64,000 nucleotides of DNA, taken from NCBI GenBank assembly GCA_016182565.1, contig JACPGI010000009.1, positions 19,154 to 83,153 of the forward strand, given 5' to 3'. Numbering within the stretch: the stretch's first letter is position 1; each line of letters begins with the position of its first letter. This stretch comes from a candidate division WWE3 bacterium. GTDB lineage: Bacteria; Patescibacteriota; WWE3; UBA101185; UBA10185. Positions 59,204 through 64,000 of the stretch are shown here, piece after piece. The position numbers were made by a program, and so were the translations under genes. The notes under the pieces were generated by a model that worked only from the letters and a program-made list of their open reading frames with translations, ran no database searches and was not told the origin of the DNA.

Positions 59204-61325
59204 GTTAACCTATTCTCTGCTTTTTATTATTTTTTTTAGTACACTTTTCGTTGGTGTTTGCTCTGCTAGATCAAAAATCGAACATTACCAATATATGTTT
59301 TTAACTTGGGGTTTTAGAGCGGATGTGTTAAATACTACGGTTGTCGAAGACACTAAACTTTTATCAAACGATGTTAAAGTAAAGCCAAAACATCTTATAC
59401 TCCTTTCTTCCCAATACAACGATTTGATACGGGGTACCGAGCAAGAAGCAAAATATAACAGTTTTACAAGCATAGTTCTTATATGCGATGAGAGGTTGTT
59501 ATTAGATAAGGTTTTAATCTGTGATAGGGATAGTGTATTCCCAGCTATAAGTACCTTAAACGTTTTAGAAGTATCACAAGATGTAAAAATATTACATGGG
59601 GATTTTAATACCAAAACTTTTCTTGTAGTGCCTGAAACTACACTTACAATACCTTTCAAACAATCACCCCTTTCTATATACATAAGTGCTTTCACAAAAA
59701 ATACAGATGTTAAATTTGATAAATCAAGTATATTTATAAAAGCTTTTCAAGGGTTAACTGAGACTGCGGCCTTGGAATTCACGGTGTTTTGTTTAATTTT
59801 GTCTTTTCTTACTTTTATTCTAGCAAACATTTTTTTAAAAAATGACTTTAAGGTAGATTTGAGAACTTTCCTAAATTCAGCAAAAAATCTTTTATATGTA
59901 ATTCAGAAATTTCTTGAAAATTACAAATGGATGTCTATATATCTATTTCTAATACTTTTATTTATCTATATTCCTGTAATCACAACGATTTCTTATCGAG
60001 ACGTTTCTGGTTTTGATATTAATTACATTTTAAGTTATATAATCGATAACTTAGATCCAAAGAAGGGCGTTATGTATATAGGTAGTGCAAGTACGGCAAG
60101 ACTTGCTTTGGTAGTTTACAACTATCTTATATTCGCAGTTCTTACTTTAATATTATTACCTTTTGGTATTTCTTATTTAAAGGCTGCTTCACTTAAAATT
60201 TTAGATTTAGAGGTTGATTCAAGACTTTCTAAATTTATGATACCAACCATATCGTTTGTAAGTATACTTTGTTTATTAGCATTACCAGTTAAATATGCTT
60301 ATTTATTTTTAAGTGTGTTGGGACTTTATCAAGTATTTTTTTATTTAAAAAGAAAACCCATTTCATTATATTATACGAATAAACAAAAGGTATTTTTAGT
60401 TGTTGGATACATTGCTTTTATAATTTTTGGTAAAGTTATACAAGCCCCCCTAGAGACATTTTTAAGTAAAAGTTCATCTAAGTTACTGTTTCCACTTGAA
60501 GATCGTATTGTATTTTTGCCATTTATTAAACCAAACGATGGGGGTGTTATTTTTGAAGATTTCTATGTCAGTAAAGAGGTTTCTGTAATGGTTGATGAAT
60601 ACGGAATAAATTACCCCGGATATAAAAAAATTGTAAACACCAGTATGCAGAATTTCGATAAGGATAAAAGTTATCTGATATCTGGTGGTAATATTGGTGA
60701 CTTTCTTACCTATGCCTCAGAGAATAAAAATCTTCTTGATACTTTAACTTCCAAAGACTATACCAATGTTTTTTATATTCAAAACGCGCCTATTGGGCCA
60801 AATTCAAAAATGAGTTTGGAATTCACACTTGATTGTGCGTTGGATGCTCCATTCTATAATATAAAGCTAAAAGCCAGGGATTTTGTAAGGCCTGCTCAGA
60901 CAATTATAGAAAAATCAGAGATTCTTGATTTCCCCGGGTGTTATTTGGGAGACAAGGAAGTTATATATAATGCACCATTAAACCCGAAGTATATTGCAGA
61001 CAGTGCGTTTTTTGAAATTATTCAGGAAGGACTGCCAATTAAAAATGTAAGATTAATACTTGATAATAAAAGTATTCCTGTGAAGTTTCTTAATTATGGT
61101 GAAAAAAATAAAATCTATGCCATTGGGACAAAACCTAATTTTGATACATTATACATTTATTCTTCCAACATAGATTCTGATTGGGTTAGTAAGTTAGACA
61201 CATCTGGAAACTCATATAATATCTCTAGCTTAATTAATGATTTAAAAACTAAAGATTTACTTGAAAATCCATTTGTAATCTGGCCAACACATGATCAAAA
61301 AGCCATATTAAAAAATGATTTATGA
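59184..61325 (+). CDS. Uncharacterised membrane protein: signal peptide, about 180-aa extracytoplasmic domain, central 8-10 TM bundle, about 280-aa C-terminal soluble domain
   Basis: Hydrophobicity pattern read from the translation. No motif I recognise. Confidence 0.45.
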   Translation: MQRLMIKLTYSLLFIIFFSTLFVGVCSARSKIEHYQYMFLTWGFRADVLNTTVVEDTKLLSNDVKVKPKHLILLSSQYNDLIRGTEQEAKYNSFTSIVLICDERLLLDKVLICDRDSVFPAISTLNVLEVSQDVKILHGDFNTKTFLVVPETTLTIPFKQSPLSIYISAFTKNTDVKFDKSSIFIKAFQGLTETAALEFTVFCLILSFLTFILANIFLKNDFKVDLRTFLNSAKNLLYVIQKFLENYKWMSIYLFLILLFIYIPVITTISYRDVSGFDINYILSYIIDNLDPKKGVMYIGSASTARLALVVYNYLIFAVLTLILLPFGISYLKAASLKILDLEVDSRLSKFMIPTISFVSILCLLALPVKYAYLFLSVLGLYQVFFYLKRKPISLYYTNKQKVFLVVGYIAFIIFGKVIQAPLETFLSKSSSKLLFPLEDRIVFLPFIKPNDGGVIFEDFYVSKEVSVMVDEYGINYPGYKKIVNTSMQNFDKDKSYLISGGNIGDFLTYASENKNLLDTLTSKDYTNVFYIQNAPIGPNSKMSLEFTLDCALDAPFYNIKLKARDFVRPAQTIIEKSEILDFPGCYLGDKEVIYNAPLNPKYIADSAFFEIIQEGLPIKNVRLILDNKSIPVKFLNYGEKNKIYAIGTKPNFDTLYIYSSNIDSDWVSKLDTSGNSYNISSLINDLKTKDLLENPFVIWPTHDQKAILKNDL

Positions 61326-61403
61326 TTAAGATCTAAAACAAATAAATTCTTAAAATTCTAAGTTTAAACTGCTTATCAAAATTTATTGTAGAATCAAGAT
61401 GTA

Positions 61404-62837
61404 ATGCAAAAGCAATCAATTTTTTACAAACCGATTTTTATTTTTCTTTTAGCATTTTGTGTATTTTTTATAAGTTGGCTAGTGATTTATAAAATGGGAG
61501 TCAACACACTGGCTATTCAATCCGAAGATACTATACCGGCACTTTTTTTGCCTATTGAGATTTTAAAAACAAAATCCCTTTATTTGGATAAATACTATCC
61601 TATGATGATAGAAAGATATCCTCAACCAGACGATAAAAAACAAGAGCGAGGGTTAACTCCGTTTTATTTAAAAAAAGTGGGAATACATTACCTTTCAGCA
61701 TTTCCGATAATAACCCCACTTTTATCTCTTCCGGTGTATATAATACCCGTTTATTTTAATCTCCCTGTAACATGGGACAATTTAATTTTACTTGGGCATA
61801 TTTCCGGAGCTTTTATTGTTGCGCTTTCGGGTGTGATCTTTTTTTCAATAACTACAAAACATCTTCAACTGGAAAATAAAAAAGCATACATACTTACAAG
61901 CATTTATCTTTTTGGAACTATAAATTTTTCTCTTTTGTCTCAAGCAATGTGGCAACATGGCGCAGTTGAGTTATTCTCTCTTTTGGCAATTTATCTACTT
62001 TTTGAAAAAAGATGGCTTCTAATGGCTTTTTCTTTAGGTTTTGCAGTATTGGCAAGACCAACTGCCGGTTTAATAATTCCCTTTTTAGGTCTTTTAGTGG
62101 TACAGATATCTCTTAATGATATTTTTGCAAGGACATACGAAACTAATGCCAAAAAATATTTAGATATTTTGAAAACAATTTTTAACATTGGTTTTAAATT
62201 TGTTTTAGGAATATTTTTACCTTTTGCATTTTTCTTTTGGTATACCGAAAAGTTTTATTTAGGTGTGTCAAACAATGGCTATGCGACTCAATTTTTGTCA
62301 AGCTGGCTTTCACCTTTCCCCCAAGGTTGGCTTGGTATGTGGTTATCTCCGAGTAAAGGCATACTAATATATTCACCGGTTATAGTTTTTGCGTTAGTTG
62401 GTTTATGGCTTGTATTAAGGCTTGGCAATTGGCGAAAAGCCGAGAATTTTAAATATATAGTTTTTGGTTGCATATTTCTGGTTCACACTTTGGTTTTAAG
62501 TATTTGGAAGCATTGGTATGGGGGTTGGGGATTTGGTTATAGGATGGCGTCAGATACCATTCCATTTATGATTTTCTGTATTGCACCATTTTTAAATTCT
62601 TCATTTTACGAAAAGAGTAAGGCATGTAAAAAAGTATTTTGGATTACAGTTGTTTTTTCCATTTTAGTACAGATTTTTGGAATTATTTTTTTTGATGGAA
62701 TATGGCATGCCGCTTACGATAGGGGATTTAGAGACACTGCTTGGTTATGGAGTATACAAGATTCCGAATTTGTATTTAACATTAGACGAATTTTAGTTAA
62801 ATTTGGGTTTTTGGTGAAAGCTTGTCCTCAGTGTTAA
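61404..62837 (+). CDS. GT-C-like polytopic membrane glycosyltransferase (DUF2029/GT87-like), ending in CPQC
   Basis: FSLGFAVLARPTAGLIIPFLGLLVV and multiple TM helices. C-terminal VKACPQC. Confidence 0.5.
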   Translation: MQKQSIFYKPIFIFLLAFCVFFISWLVIYKMGVNTLAIQSEDTIPALFLPIEILKTKSLYLDKYYPMMIERYPQPDDKKQERGLTPFYLKKVGIHYLSAFPIITPLLSLPVYIIPVYFNLPVTWDNLILLGHISGAFIVALSGVIFFSITTKHLQLENKKAYILTSIYLFGTINFSLLSQAMWQHGAVELFSLLAIYLLFEKRWLLMAFSLGFAVLARPTAGLIIPFLGLLVVQISLNDIFARTYETNAKKYLDILKTIFNIGFKFVLGIFLPFAFFFWYTEKFYLGVSNNGYATQFLSSWLSPFPQGWLGMWLSPSKGILIYSPVIVFALVGLWLVLRLGNWRKAENFKYIVFGCIFLVHTLVLSIWKHWYGGWGFGYRMASDTIPFMIFCIAPFLNSSFYEKSKACKKVFWITVVFSILVQIFGIIFFDGIWHAAYDRGFRDTAWLWSIQDSEFVFNIRRILVKFGFLVKACPQC

Positions 62838-62846
62838 TATCAACTT

Positions 62847-64000
62847 ATGGCTGTACAAATAAAATTGAAAAATTTGGACCAGTCCCAAAATATTGAGGAA
62901 ATAGTAAAGAATGCATTATTTGATGTGTCTAAAATTACACAAGTTGATGAGTTTTCTTCTGTTCCACCAATTACAAACCAGAAGTTAAATATAATTTGTC
63001 TTTCAAATCAACAATGGGATTATCCATTTCTTACTAATAAGCGCCATATTATGGAGCGCATGGGCAAACTTGGCCACAATGTTTTATTTGTGGATCCGCC
63101 TATAAATACTGGGAGGCTGTTTTTTCGCCAAATAGTTCGTGGTCAGTGGCCTTTTAAAAGATTAATCACTAGGACCTATAGACAAGGGAGTGTTTTAGTC
63201 TACTCACCTTTGAAACTAATTCCAAATGATAAAATTACTACATCACAGCAGGTAGAGAAAATAAATGCTCTTGCAATAAGCCACTTCGATCCAAACGCAA
63301 AAACCATCCTTTGGATTTATCATGTAGAAATTCATGGTCTTCCATACATTTTGGAAAATATAGCTCATGATTTACTAGTCTATGATTGTGTAGATAATTA
63401 CACAGCATTTCCTTCTCGAAGCAGCTTTTATTCAGCAACAGTTTCCAAAGAGGAGTTAGTTGAGCAAGAGCGAATGCTTACACAAAAAGCAGATTTGGTG
63501 TTTGCTTCCGCACCAGGTTTGGTAAGTAAATTAAAAAATTATCGGGATGAGGTATATTTTACCCCAAATGTTGGAGATTATGAAAAATTTAAAGATATAC
63601 AAAGGGTCAAGGAAAAAATAAAACAAAATTTGGACAAAGATTTATTACCAAAAGATCTTGCCACAATAAGAAGGCCCAGAATAGGATTTACCGGTGCTGT
63701 TGATGAGTATAAGTTTGACGCTTCTCTTGTTGCTAAAATTGCAAAAGATAACCCAAATTATAATTTTGTAATAATTGGGCCGTTCGGACTTAAGGATAAA
63801 GAGGGATCAAAAGAGGAGATTGGGCTTGCAGGACTTGATAACGTCCATTTTTTGGGGGCAAGACCGTACACCATAATTCAAGATTATTTTGCTGGATTTG
63901 ACGCTTTTATTATCCCATTCCAACTAAATGATTATACTGTTGGTGGTTGTTTTCCTGTGAAATTTCACGATGCGTTAGCTGCTGGCCTTCCTACAATTGT
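62847..64000 (+). CDS. GT4-family glycosyltransferase, 5' partial (runs off the window end)
   Basis: ATG at 62847. The N-terminal GT-B half (ICLSNQQWDYPFLTNKRHIMERMGKLGHNVLFVDPP) resembles the TuaH/capsule-type GT4 N-domain. The reading frame is open to position 64000. Confidence 0.55.
   Translation, partial: MAVQIKLKNLDQSQNIEEIVKNALFDVSKITQVDEFSSVPPITNQKLNIICLSNQQWDYPFLTNKRHIMERMGKLGHNVLFVDPPINTGRLFFRQIVRGQWPFKRLITRTYRQGSVLVYSPLKLIPNDKITTSQQVEKINALAISHFDPNAKTILWIYHVEIHGLPYILENIAHDLLVYDCVDNYTAFPSRSSFYSATVSKEELVEQERMLTQKADLVFASAPGLVSKLKNYRDEVYFTPNVGDYEKFKDIQRVKEKIKQNLDKDLLPKDLATIRRPRIGFTGAVDEYKFDASLVAKIAKDNPNYNFVIIGPFGLKDKEGSKEEIGLAGLDNVHFLGARPYTIIQDYFAGFDAFIIPFQLNDYTVGGCFPVKFHDALAAGLPTI

Noticed and set aside
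1-64000. CRISPR arrays, tRNA/rRNA genes, transposases or integrases
   Set aside because: No direct-repeat/spacer periodicity, no cloverleaf-like GC-rich segments in the intergenic regions, and no recombinase motifs were seen. The glycan island shows no flanking repeats within the window, and its right boundary lies beyond the window.

Overview
This is a low-GC (about 33-36%), tightly packed bacterial segment in which almost all genes sit on the + strand with 1-50 nt overlaps or gaps. Its gene content and style (archaeal-type 440-aa AspRS, short RecJ, soluble PAS histidine kinase, many GT-C membrane glycosyltransferases) fit a Patescibacteria/CPR-like genome using the standard genetic code. 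RF2 is present and UGA is used as a stop. The lineage call is inference, and several Firmicutes-like traits are also present (rny-ymdB, DUF3048/YerB, DUF4446, a T-box leader). The first 24 kb is housekeeping: a membrane-anchored ClpA/C-like AAA+ ATPase, prfB, DUF4446, DUF3048, a wHTH regulator, secD-secF, recJ, aspS, a PBP5-like DD-carboxypeptidase, a secreted hypothetical on the - strand, gltX, a PAS histidine kinase with a stand-alone receiver, recA-recX, rny-ymdB and hup. After peptidase E, from about 24.7 kb to the window end (at least 39 kb, running off the right edge), lies one co-directional glycan-assembly island. It holds a CAP-domain protein, a GT2-GtrA polyprenol-phosphate sugar synthase, UDP-glucose dehydrogenase and several GT2, GT4 and CgeB-like transferases. 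It also holds three tandem PMT/ArnT-like GT-C paralogs, a DUF2079 membrane protein, three MOP flippases (two tandem paralogs) and an LPG-synthase-TM flippase-like protein. It further holds four SAM methyltransferases (one didomain, one CmcI-like), two tandem paralogous roughly 700-aa polytopic membrane proteins of unknown family and more uncharacterised membrane proteins. Non-coding features I could support are a T-box riboswitch (GGGTGGTACCG core, antiterminator/terminator pair) in front of aspS, inverted repeats in the recA promoter, and three hairpin terminators. I saw no rRNA, tRNA, CRISPR array or obvious transposase/integrase.
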